64,000 nt of DNA from an uncultured Fibrobacterota bacterium (lineage in GTDB: Bacteria; Fibrobacterota; Chitinivibrionia; Chitinivibrionales; WJKA01). The stretch spans positions 18,628 to 82,627 of the forward strand of contig CAZPUS010000011.1 of NCBI GenBank assembly GCA_964589825.1, in the 5' to 3' direction. How positions within the stretch are numbered: position 1 is the first letter of the stretch; every line of letters begins with the position of its first letter. Under the pieces are notes generated by a model that ran no database searches, was not told the DNA's origin, and saw only the letters and a list, made by a program, of their open reading frames with translations. The position numbers were made by a program, and so were the translations under genes. Below, in pieces: positions 54,775 through 63,897 of this stretch.

Positions 54775-57700
54775 TGTACATTCCTCCCGGAGGAATCATT
54801 CGACATGGCTGCGCTTTGGGGCTTAAGGGTAAAATTGGGTACGGACGGAAAATCGTAATTTCCTTTTTTTACTTTATCGGGAGAAAGTGGTTGTGTGTGT
54901 CCCGGGGGCTGAGGCAGATAGTGCGATTTCTGGATCACGAATTGTGCTCTGATCCACACCCCGTAGGTAAGTTGTATGTTGTTTTTCACATGCAGGGAGA
55001 TCACGTTTTTACCGCTTCGCAGCTTTCCGAGCAGGTCGAAACGCGCCGCCCGTTGCCAGTTGAGTGCTTCTGTCGAATCGAGAACAAGACGGTGGTCGTT
55101 GATATATATCTCCAGTTCATCTGCAGCCGTGATTGCACAGGAAGCGTGTTCAGGCTGAGTGGTAAGATAAAACTCCCGACGGAAAAAGAGCTCCCGGGCG
55201 GGTTCGTAGTCAGCACCTGACGGGGTGCCGCTGCCGCACCACATCGGGGTCGGAGTGTGTGGTCCAAAACCCGAAACTGAAAAGCTGTCCGAAGTGTTCA
55301 TTTTTTGTACCGGTCGCCAGTTCCCGGAGTTACATTCCAGTCTATTCCAGCATGCAGGCGAATCGCTGCTGCAGCGCCATTTTGGGGATGACGTGAGAAT
55401 GTTGGTATCGATGACGGTGGTTTGGGAACCGTATTTTGACGGATCTTCCTGATAGAGGCGTACATAGGCGTGGGTCGCATAAGCACCTGCCGCATATTCT
55501 TTTTTCGCATACTCCAGTATCTGTGAATAAATACCGAGTGCTTTTTCACCCAGACGAAGCCCGATCTCTTCGAATTTTGCCCGGTACTGCATTTTTTCCT
55601 TCTCGGTCACGCCCCGTGGAAACGGGGGGTGTACGAATACCAGTTCGGAAAGGATATCATAGCTTCGTGCCTGGGTATACAGTATCTCGGCAAGACGTTC
55701 TTTGCTTTTTTCGACACTCGTATCCCGGATACCGTAGGAGCCTGCCACCTGCATTACCCGCACGAAATTTTCCACACTGTTTTGTACATAGCCTTCGATT
55801 TTCGAGAGCAGTTTTATCTTGTAGCGGAATGTTTCATAGGGATCGAAGTCGGTGGGAATGGGTGCGCTGCGTGCAACTGCCGCGATATCCATATAGGTTC
55901 TTCCAAGTGAGTGGGCGGTGTGGGTGACACGAGACTTGGCTTTTGTATAATACGTGTCTTCCTGGCGGTAGAGTGAGGCCATTTCAAGTGTTTTTATGAA
56001 TGAATTGATCGCTTTTGACTTGTAAGGGGCAATTTTTTGCAGCATATTGAGCTTCTGAGACACGAGTGCGAATCCTGAGAGAGAACGGTTTACACTCGAT
56101 TTGCTTTCTTTATAGGCATGTACAATGGAGAGATAGTTGTCAGCAACAAGAAAGGGAAGCTGGGTAAGTTTTTCCCGGGAACGTGTAATGAAGCGGTTAG
56201 ATAATTCATTATCGATTCCAAGCTGGACATTACGTTCATGATAGGTGAGTGCTTCCTCATTTAAATACCGTTCAACCGCCTGTGCTATGGCGAGTTCGAT
56301 ACTGAAGCTTTCCTCCTGTGCAAGGTCGTCCCTTCTTTTCTGGTTGAGTATGTGAAGACCGAACTCTTCGTATACCTTACCCATCTGGAACAAGCCCCGC
56401 GTAATCCATTCGGTAATCTGATATTCGATTACCCTGGAATAGCGTGTAATCGCTTGTTTTCTCAATTTTCGCAGCTGCGTCACTTTTGGAGAATAGTTCG
56501 GATGAGAAGAATACGGCAGTGAAATATCGTTCATACGGGAATGTACCATTTCACCGAGCGTGTATTGCGCCTTGGCCGCATAATAGGCGTTTGCATCCCC
56601 CGGCTGGTCCATATTTTTATATGTCGAGATAGCGCGTGACAGTATCTGTGAGGCCTCACTCGATTTATCCTTCATGTAGAGTGCGATACCCCGCATGCAC
56701 AGCGCCTGAACAATTCGTGTCTTGTCGTCACCGTATTTTTCAGAAAATGTGGCCGTAACTTCGCTTACCCGGTCCCAGTCTTCCAGTTTGCCGTACAGCT
56801 CGGCTGCCCTGAAAAGAAGGTCGGGAGCGGTTTTTGACTTGGGAAAAAGTTCTGCCATTTTTCTGAACGTTGCGGCCGCTTCACGCAGTTTCCCCGCGTT
56901 TTCAAAGGCAAAGCCCGCATTGTAAAGTGCGGTTTGGGAGAATTCGGCTTTGGGATGTTCGGTGACGACTTTCAGGTACATGTTTGCCGCTTTGCGCCAT
57001 TTTTGCATCTTTTCATGGCATTTTGCCATACGAAACGAAGCCTTGGCAACGAGCCTGGAATCGGGATATTTTTCAAGAAGCTTTTGATACATGAGTGTCG
57101 CGTGATCCCATTGTGCCACCCGTTCGTACGCCTGCCCCGCATTGAACAATGCAACGTCGGCGATTTTGTTATCAGCGTATTTCAACGCCGCTTCTTCATA
57201 TGATTGTGCCGCTTTTTCATACCGTTGTTGTTTTTCATATTGTTCCGCCATACGAAATATCGATTCCGATATCTTGCTTTGGGCCATCTCTTTGTCTTTG
57301 CTGCCTTCTTTTGCTTCGCTTCTCAGACGTGCGTACCATTTTTGTGCATTGGTAAATTCCTTTTCCTTGTAATAGCTTTGTGCGACCATGCGAATTGCGG
57401 AAACCTTCTCCTCGCTCTGGTCGTGTTCTTCGATGACCTTTCTCGCCGCCTCGCGTGCAGGGCCGTAGGAGCCGTTGTTAAAATAGACCGATGCTTTGAT
57501 AAGGAGCACTTCGGGGATTTTCGGGTTTGAATCGTTTACCTTCAGATAGTTATTGCAGGCTTCTATAAGTAATCCCGCGGCATCCGAAAGCCCGGTGTCG
57601 GATACGTTGTCCGGTGATTTGGAGGAGTCCTGCTGTGATGTATAGCTGTCAAGGCTGTCGACCATGTCGTTTGTGTCAACGGCATCGGGATGTTGTTGAG

Positions 57701-57824
57701 GAATCTTGTCGCCCCCCCGGCTCGCAACTGATGCGCATCGAAGGCTCATTGCTGCAAAGAGAAGACACAGCGCCGGAATGCGCCATATATGGTATTGTGC
57801 TAGTACAAATTCGAATAATTTCAT
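54771..57824 (-). CDS. Large exported TPR protein (YbgF/BamD-like TPR arrays) with a C-terminal non-TPR beta-rich module
   Basis: The Met at 57824 gives a signal peptide (MKLFEFVLAQYHIWRIPALCLLFAAMSLRCASVAS). Many YbgF/BamD-type TPR units are present (YPDSRLVAKASFRMAKCHEKMQKW; HPKAEFSQTALYNAGFAFENAG; FPKSKTAPDLLFRAAELY). The tracked ORF start at 58064 would overlap the upstream gene by 188 nt. Confidence 0.7.
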   Translation of the reverse strand: MKLFEFVLAQYHIWRIPALCLLFAAMSLRCASVASRGGDKIPQQHPDAVDTNDMVDSLDSYTSQQDSSKSPDNVSDTGLSDAAGLLIEACNNYLKVNDSNPKIPEVLLIKASVYFNNGSYGPAREAARKVIEEHDQSEEKVSAIRMVAQSYYKEKEFTNAQKWYARLRSEAKEGSKDKEMAQSKISESIFRMAEQYEKQQRYEKAAQSYEEAALKYADNKIADVALFNAGQAYERVAQWDHATLMYQKLLEKYPDSRLVAKASFRMAKCHEKMQKWRKAANMYLKVVTEHPKAEFSQTALYNAGFAFENAGKLREAAATFRKMAELFPKSKTAPDLLFRAAELYGKLEDWDRVSEVTATFSEKYGDDKTRIVQALCMRGIALYMKDKSSEASQILSRAISTYKNMDQPGDANAYYAAKAQYTLGEMVHSRMNDISLPYSSHPNYSPKVTQLRKLRKQAITRYSRVIEYQITEWITRGLFQMGKVYEEFGLHILNQKRRDDLAQEESFSIELAIAQAVERYLNEEALTYHERNVQLGIDNELSNRFITRSREKLTQLPFLVADNYLSIVHAYKESKSSVNRSLSGFALVSQKLNMLQKIAPYKSKAINSFIKTLEMASLYRQEDTYYTKAKSRVTHTAHSLGRTYMDIAAVARSAPIPTDFDPYETFRYKIKLLSKIEGYVQNSVENFVRVMQVAGSYGIRDTSVEKSKERLAEILYTQARSYDILSELVFVHPPFPRGVTEKEKMQYRAKFEEIGLRLGEKALGIYSQILEYAKKEYAAGAYATHAYVRLYQEDPSKYGSQTTVIDTNILTSSPKWRCSSDSPACWNRLECNSGNWRPVQKMNTSDSFSVSGFGPHTPTPMWCGSGTPSGADYEPARELFFRREFYLTTQPEHASCAITAADELEIYINDHRLVLDSTEALNWQRAARFDLLGKLRSGKNVISLHVKNNIQLTYGVWIRAQFVIQKSHYLPQPPGHTQPLSPDKVKKGNYDFPSVPNFTLKPQSAAMSNDSSGRNVQ

Positions 57825-57876
57825 ACGAAAGCGGTTTTCATAATTATGCGATATCACGGGGTGCGATGATGTTATA

Positions 57877-60800
57877 TTAATCCGGTTTGTTTTCGCTGGA
57901 AGAAAGAAGTCTTTGAGAAGCGACAATAGCATTCCAGGCGGCATTTTCTTTGTATTTGCTGTCAGGGTACCTGTTCGACACTGCGATATATTCCTGGGCC
58001 GCCTGTTCATAGCGACCGAGAGAAAAGAGGATCTCGGCCATATTGTAATGGCATTCGTTTGCATTGGGATGGTCGGGATATGCCTCTATATAGGTGCGGT
58101 AGTAATTCGCTGCACGGGAATAGAGTGTGGTATCCCGCTCATACAGTGCCTGCTGGTGAAGATCGGTGACCGCTTCATACATCATGTGCTGCGCAAGACT
58201 GTCCGCACGCGCAACAATGTGCGCGTCCTCTTTTGCAGAAGTCCAGGTTCCTTTGCGGTGGAATTTGGAGAAATAATCGACTTTACGTTCCACGGTCTGC
58301 TCGGGTGACATATCTCGCGTTTGGGCGATAACGAGCCGGTATTCTATATGCGGTCGCCGACGGTCATAAGGATACAGCTGCAGAATTTTATTGTACGAAT
58401 TGGCTGCAAGAGAGTACCGACCCTGCTCCTCGAAAATCTGTCCCAGCTTTTCGAGGATCTGAATACCCATTCGTCTGTTACCGAGACGTTTGATGAATTC
58501 CGTGGCGCGCTGCAGTCCCTCCTGTCCGGAGAAGTCTGCCTCACTGAAGCTGATGGCGATATATTTCATTGCCTCGTTCTGAAGCTGTGCTTTTCCGGAA
58601 AAAGATCTCTTTCCAAGATCTATCAATGCGATAAAAGAGCTGATCGCCATGTTGGGATTCGATCGACGATAATGCGTCCATGCGAGTTTGTAGAGTGCCT
58701 CATCAAACCAGCGGCTTGTAGGATATTGGATTACCCGCCTGTATGCGTCTTCGGCCTTTGCGAGACGGTTGTTGTCGAACGCCGTCTCGCCGATATACAT
58801 CCATGCCTGTGGTGCATATCGGGAGTCTGGGTAATACCGCGCGAGTTTTTCCATATAGGCGAGTGCGCTATCCGGCCGGGAGAGTTCATTATAACACCAC
58901 CCGAGGCTATAATAGACCGGAAAGATATGGTCATGTTCAGGATATTTGTTCACAAGTCGTGAAAAGGTGCGTATGCTTCGTGAGTAGTCGGGGCGGGGCG
59001 GCTGCGGAGGTTCTGGTCTGTTGATATTCGCTCCGGCGCGATATTCCCGCATCAGAGAATCATAGCGCATAAGCCGCGATTCATATCGGGCATAGCGTTG
59101 ACGGTATTCGTTTTTTTCCTGTTGGAAGTAGAGCTCACCAAGATGGTAGCCGATGTAGACTTCATCTTCCGGTGGCGGATCGAGTGCGAGCTTGTTTTGA
59201 CACTCTCGAATAAGGTCCCGGCGGCTTTGTACCGAGAACGTTTCTTCGTATACGATAAGGGAGTCGAGAGATCGTTTTCTGCGTTCGATCTGCTGCGAGA
59301 TACGGGCAACAACCGTGGTGTCGGAAGCCAATTCTTTCCCGGACCTGAGGCTGTCGATGGTAAAGCGGATCTTGCGTTTGTGGTGTGCGATGCGCTGTTT
59401 TTCCCAGCGGTGCCGATCGATATGTATGGTGGTCTGAAGAAAGCGCATCTGTCGAACACGATGTTTTACCTGTTGGCGGGTGTAATGGGAACGATTATCC
59501 TGACGCGATTCGTTTTCATTGTTCTGTGTCTCTGTAGCGGTATGTTCGGTAATCAGTGAATCGAGTGTATAGAGGATTTTTTCCCGGGTATGAGTAAAAA
59601 CCGCTTCCTGGAATTCACCGCTGTGATAGTAACGGTAGACGAATCCGGTGATCTGCTCGGCGGTGGCAAAATACGAACGGATGCGATCGGTCGATTTCGT
59701 ATCCAGCGATCCGATGCTGTCCATCGTGGTTTGCAACTGATTTCGGATTTCTTTCAGTTTCGTGAGGTTCTCTTGCGCGGCATTTGCATCCTGAAGAGTA
59801 TGCATACGATTGCGCGTTTTTTGAAGCAGGTTGAAAATACGTTGCTTCTGCTGTGTTGCTGCTTCTGTTTTTTGCCATTCGTAGTGGGCCTTTTTTACGT
59901 ATCGTTTGGCGAGCACTACCAGCGCGTCTATTGCATGGGGAGACTGGGGGGCCTGATTGATAAGTTTTTTCAATGAAATGTTAGCTTTATTATATTTACC
60001 GAGCGCGATATAGCAGCGGGAAATGCCGTACAGACCGTCACTGAAATGTGCTTCGTAATCAAGAAGTTCAAAAAAGTGTTTCAAAGCGAGTTCATATTTT
60101 TCCTGTTCGTAGTACAGCTGGGCAAGAAGAAGCAGAATGCGTTGTTTGAGACGATCATCGAGTGAGGTGGTGGTACGGGTACGTCGGGCTTCCCGGCAAA
60201 TGCTTATCGCGGTTTCGAAATCGTTGTTCGCAAAAAAGTGACGCGCCAGTGTATGCATTACATGCAGCGCATAAGGAGCAGCGTGTACACTCTGCGTCGA
60301 TAACTCGAGTAATCCTTCACTCTTTTCGCGTCGGAGACCGCTTTCCATCGAAAGCCAGAGGCAGAGATTACGATTTCTGCCGGACAATGATGAAAAATCG
60401 TACTGCTGTGCCCATTCCCAGACATCCGCATAATGTCCGAGCCGGTAGAGACTTTGGATATAGAGTACATCCGCTTTTTTTCGTACCGGAGAGACCTCGG
60501 GGATTAAAGATGCCTGGGCCACGACCTCTGCAAACGAACCCGTAATAAATTTTGCCCGAAGATAGACCTGGCGGAGCTCGTCTACAGGTACGATATTTTC
60601 GTAGCGCTTGAGTATCCCCGGCATTCGTTTGATGAGGATATTGTACTTTCCGTTTTCCAGAAGCGTACGCATTCGATGCAGGTCGATACGCTGCATCTCT
60701 TCGAGTGCGGTGATGTCGGCCCGTTCGGTCAGTTTATCCTTCAAATGCGTAAGCCACTCATAGAATTTTTCCGACTCCAATCCAAGATTCGACCGTATTA

Positions 60801-61395
60801 TCCGCAGAAATTCACGATCGTCCTGTCGGGTACGTGTATGCGGGAGATCGATACCCATTGCGTCGGCCCCGTCGTAAAGGAGTCGTTCGATTCGGCGCCA
60901 TGTGGTATCGGTGCGATGCTTGATCTCCATAAGGCGGGAGATACGGGAAAGATTATTCTGTTTAATAGCGGAAAACATTTCCGCTACCGGGCTGGTACCG
61001 ATCATTTCTCTGCTTATTGAGAGGTCTTCCGTAAGCTGCCGGCTCAGCTTGTCGAGGTCTTTCGAGATATGCATTATCGATTTGCGGATATCTTCTACAC
61101 GCGTATCAAACCTGGCGAGTTCGCTGTCCGAAAGCCGGGTGATACGTCGGGGCAGCAGCTCCAGCATTTCGATATCGTGTACCACCTCTTTTATTGACAT
61201 GAGCTCCCGGCGCAACACGTCGATTTTGTAATGCTCTCCCCCAAGGCGGCGTACCACACGGTCTGCCGAGGACCACAGCTTATCTTCTTTATTTTGAGGT
61301 GCGGCATGTACCAGTGCACATACCAGTCCTGCTGCAGCGATGAGTGTCGCTGTACGTGGCAGGAGAATGCCGGATGTGTAGGTACGTGTTTTCAT
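57877..61395 (-). CDS. Large exported coiled-coil / TPR protein
   Basis: 1172-aa ORF with a signal peptide (LIAAAGLVCALVHAAPQ). The N-terminal and central parts are helical and coiled-coil-rich. The C-terminal third has YbgF/BamD-like TPR units (YPEHDHIFPVYYSLGWCY; YPDSRYAPQAWMYIGETAF; YPDHPNANECHYNMAEILF; YPDSKYKENAAWNAIVA). Confidence 0.7.
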   Translation of the reverse strand: MKTRTYTSGILLPRTATLIAAAGLVCALVHAAPQNKEDKLWSSADRVVRRLGGEHYKIDVLRRELMSIKEVVHDIEMLELLPRRITRLSDSELARFDTRVEDIRKSIMHISKDLDKLSRQLTEDLSISREMIGTSPVAEMFSAIKQNNLSRISRLMEIKHRTDTTWRRIERLLYDGADAMGIDLPHTRTRQDDREFLRIIRSNLGLESEKFYEWLTHLKDKLTERADITALEEMQRIDLHRMRTLLENGKYNILIKRMPGILKRYENIVPVDELRQVYLRAKFITGSFAEVVAQASLIPEVSPVRKKADVLYIQSLYRLGHYADVWEWAQQYDFSSLSGRNRNLCLWLSMESGLRREKSEGLLELSTQSVHAAPYALHVMHTLARHFFANNDFETAISICREARRTRTTTSLDDRLKQRILLLLAQLYYEQEKYELALKHFFELLDYEAHFSDGLYGISRCYIALGKYNKANISLKKLINQAPQSPHAIDALVVLAKRYVKKAHYEWQKTEAATQQKQRIFNLLQKTRNRMHTLQDANAAQENLTKLKEIRNQLQTTMDSIGSLDTKSTDRIRSYFATAEQITGFVYRYYHSGEFQEAVFTHTREKILYTLDSLITEHTATETQNNENESRQDNRSHYTRQQVKHRVRQMRFLQTTIHIDRHRWEKQRIAHHKRKIRFTIDSLRSGKELASDTTVVARISQQIERRKRSLDSLIVYEETFSVQSRRDLIRECQNKLALDPPPEDEVYIGYHLGELYFQQEKNEYRQRYARYESRLMRYDSLMREYRAGANINRPEPPQPPRPDYSRSIRTFSRLVNKYPEHDHIFPVYYSLGWCYNELSRPDSALAYMEKLARYYPDSRYAPQAWMYIGETAFDNNRLAKAEDAYRRVIQYPTSRWFDEALYKLAWTHYRRSNPNMAISSFIALIDLGKRSFSGKAQLQNEAMKYIAISFSEADFSGQEGLQRATEFIKRLGNRRMGIQILEKLGQIFEEQGRYSLAANSYNKILQLYPYDRRRPHIEYRLVIAQTRDMSPEQTVERKVDYFSKFHRKGTWTSAKEDAHIVARADSLAQHMMYEAVTDLHQQALYERDTTLYSRAANYYRTYIEAYPDHPNANECHYNMAEILFSLGRYEQAAQEYIAVSNRYPDSKYKENAAWNAIVASQRLLSSSENKPD

Positions 61396-61454
61396 AATGA
61401 ACTCAGTTTGCTTTTAACTAATCGGGTTTGCCTGGAAAATTGTGCAGGCGGTGG

Positions 61455-62714
61455 TTACTCCTCTTCTTTAGCATCTTTTTGTTGAAGGATCTCTTTTCTT
61501 CGTTCTTCTATATCGCGTAAGCGGGATTCAGGCTCTTTTTTATTCGTTTCATCTGTCTCCTGGTCTGTTGTTTCATCGGCGTGTGACGTATCCGGAGATT
61601 GCAGTCGTTTCAGCCGACGGTCGATATCGATTTTTGTGTCGTCACGGATGTTTTTGCTGATAAGAAAAAAGCGGCGCATCTCGGCGCCTGTCTGGCGATA
61701 CCGAAGCGGAAAGGAAATTTCGGTAACTACTTTCCATCTGGTATACCATGGCTCGAAAGGCGCGGTGATCCCTTTATCGCATTCCCGCTTGAAATCGGTT
61801 CCCTGACAATTGCGATGCAGCGCCGCCCGGTCATCATTGATGAGTGCGGATCCCTGGTTACGGCTCAGCAAAATCGGAACGCAGGCCAGAAGAGATATAC
61901 CGTTTTCATACCGCAGACGTCCGCCGGCAATAAGGTATGCGGGATTTTCGGTAAATCCGACTTCCCATTTTTCCTGGTCTTCCAGGCCCTCCCATTTAAA
62001 ATGAAAGGTTTTAGGCTTGATGCTGTTATTAACCAGTCCTTCCATATAGAATTCACAGAATGCCTCATAATTGCGTCCGTAAAAACACAGACCCCCGGAA
62101 AGCACATATTCCGAATAGTTCCGGTATCGTTCATCCATCGGTACTTTTATACCGAGATTTACGTTCGCCTTGAGAGGCAGGATGCTGATTTTTGCGATAA
62201 AATCCCGCTCATAAAGCAGCCGGGCAAGGAGAGTGCCGCCACCTACAATAAAACCTTCGGGGCAGAAGCCGGTGCCGCTGTCGGTTCTGAATCCGCTGAT
62301 GGAGGGGAATTTCCCCAGAAAATTGTAATGATAACCTATTCGCATTCCGATATTCTCGAATCGAAGGTCCTTGTTGTTGGGCGGGGTGATTTTCCCAAGG
62401 GCGGTTACATGACCGAATTGCGGTTTTTTCTCCCAGGGATATGAAATCAGCCTGGAATCGACATGAAGAGACATCCACTGCAGGATGCCGATACGTGTTT
62501 CGGCCTCGAGAAAAGGAAATGGCGTCAGCGCTTCGTTCGTGTCGGGATTGTCCCATAAAAAGCCGACGGCACGTCCCGTAATCCATACATTACCGGCACC
62601 GGCGGTGTTGGCACCGTCGCTTTTGTACAGTCCCCACCCTCTGCAGCGTTTCATATAGGTTTGTGCAGGGATGGCGCACGTACAGAGCATTAATATGAGT
62701 ACTATTCGTCGCAT
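61455..62714 (-). CDS. Predicted outer-membrane beta-rich protein with an acidic coiled-coil C-terminal tail (paralog of 62719..63897)
   Basis: 419-aa ORF with a signal peptide (IVLILMLCTCAIPAQT), a beta-strand-rich body with alternating aromatic residues, and a C-terminal ~70 aa that are highly charged (DETTDQETDETNKKEPESRLRDIEERRKEILQQKDAKEEE). Confidence 0.5.
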   Translation of the reverse strand: MRRIVLILMLCTCAIPAQTYMKRCRGWGLYKSDGANTAGAGNVWITGRAVGFLWDNPDTNEALTPFPFLEAETRIGILQWMSLHVDSRLISYPWEKKPQFGHVTALGKITPPNNKDLRFENIGMRIGYHYNFLGKFPSISGFRTDSGTGFCPEGFIVGGGTLLARLLYERDFIAKISILPLKANVNLGIKVPMDERYRNYSEYVLSGGLCFYGRNYEAFCEFYMEGLVNNSIKPKTFHFKWEGLEDQEKWEVGFTENPAYLIAGGRLRYENGISLLACVPILLSRNQGSALINDDRAALHRNCQGTDFKRECDKGITAPFEPWYTRWKVVTEISFPLRYRQTGAEMRRFFLISKNIRDDTKIDIDRRLKRLQSPDTSHADETTDQETDETNKKEPESRLRDIEERRKEILQQKDAKEEE

Positions 62715-62718
62715 GATT

Positions 62719-63897
62719 TCATTCGTCCTCTATCTCTTCCGGTATATCTTGCGGCATATCGTTACCACCGGTATGCTGGTGTTCTATATCACGAAGCATA
62801 TGTTCGAGCGTATCCATTTTCGTTTTTATTCGTTTTCGGTGTGAGATTAACTCCTGCTGTTTTTTCTGATAATCGAATCCTGCAGTGTTATCGAGTCCTA
62901 TCGAATCGACGGGAAGATTATTCGTTACATTGGTAAGCATCGCGTCATTCTGTCGGGTGGTATCCTCGTAAGGTGTCGTTGATTCCTCTTTTGTGCGCTG
63001 TGCGAATACGAGAGTGCGTACCGCTTCGGTGTTGGTCTCCTTGAAAGCCAGCGGTATTTCCACGCCTGCATATGCACCGAGATAGTAAGGGGTAAAGGCA
63101 TTGTGTGCCTCATCTGGTTTTATTTCCTGTGTGAGGGTTAGTCGCAATCCTCCTACCATACTTATTCTGTTGAAGATGCGTATCCGGGCTCCGGGTTCCG
63201 CCCATATATAATACTGTGTGTAACTTGCATCACCCGAAGGATTGTAGTTATTGGGTTTTTCCTGATAAAATGCAGCCCCGGCATTGATAAACGCGCTGTG
63301 GCGAACATGTTTCCATTCGAGGCCAACCAGCGTAACGAGTTGTCGGTAACGATATAAAAGCTGTGTATCGTCTGCAAAGGAGAGTTTGAAATAGGTTTTG
63401 AGCGGGATATATTCATTGAGCGCCAGCCAGTCAAAGTCGACGATACACGAAGGATAGATAAAGGGGTTGTAATTGGGCTTGGTTTCATCCGCATTTTTCG
63501 TAACGGTATCCAGAGAGGTGGTGAGAAAGACATCCAGTCGAAGCGCGATGCCGAGCCAGCGCAGTTTGTCATTGCCGGGTGTGGTAATATGCAGATGCAT
63601 CCTGGCGGGGCCCAGGCCCCGTTGCGTGACCGGTACTATAGAGCCGGAAAGCTGCAGCAGAGGGGCAACCCCAACCTTTGCACCGGCATGAGGATTGAAT
63701 TCCACCCCGGCAGCCGAGGTGCTGAAATCGAGTCCGCTTACCGCGATCAGGTTGCCTGTCTGGAGGACGTTCGAGGCATTAATGGCCACAGTTCCCTCGT
63801 TGCGGCTTCGCATTACCGTCTCGGGAGCACTCCAGACGACCTTTGAAATAAGCGTCGGTAGTAAAAAAATCGATGTTATGGTAAGAATGTGTTTCAT
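62719..63897 (-). CDS. Predicted outer-membrane beta-rich protein with an acidic C-terminal tail (paralog of 61455..62714)
   Basis: 392-aa ORF with a signal peptide (ILTITSIFLLPTLISKVVWSA). It shares short motifs with the neighbouring gene (ITTPGNDKLRW vs ITPPNNKDLRF; PLK; GGLRL vs GGRLR; LRDIE in both tails). Confidence 0.5.
   Translation of the reverse strand: MKHILTITSIFLLPTLISKVVWSAPETVMRSRNEGTVAINASNVLQTGNLIAVSGLDFSTSAAGVEFNPHAGAKVGVAPLLQLSGSIVPVTQRGLGPARMHLHITTPGNDKLRWLGIALRLDVFLTTSLDTVTKNADETKPNYNPFIYPSCIVDFDWLALNEYIPLKTYFKLSFADDTQLLYRYRQLVTLVGLEWKHVRHSAFINAGAAFYQEKPNNYNPSGDASYTQYYIWAEPGARIRIFNRISMVGGLRLTLTQEIKPDEAHNAFTPYYLGAYAGVEIPLAFKETNTEAVRTLVFAQRTKEESTTPYEDTTRQNDAMLTNVTNNLPVDSIGLDNTAGFDYQKKQQELISHRKRIKTKMDTLEHMLRDIEHQHTGGNDMPQDIPEEIEDE

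Noticed and set aside
57825-58064. An 80-codon N-terminal extension of the TPR gene (tracked start 58064), overlapping the upstream gene by 188 nt.
   Set aside because: The Met at 57824 yields a canonical signal peptide and removes the overlap. The extension has no protein-like features.
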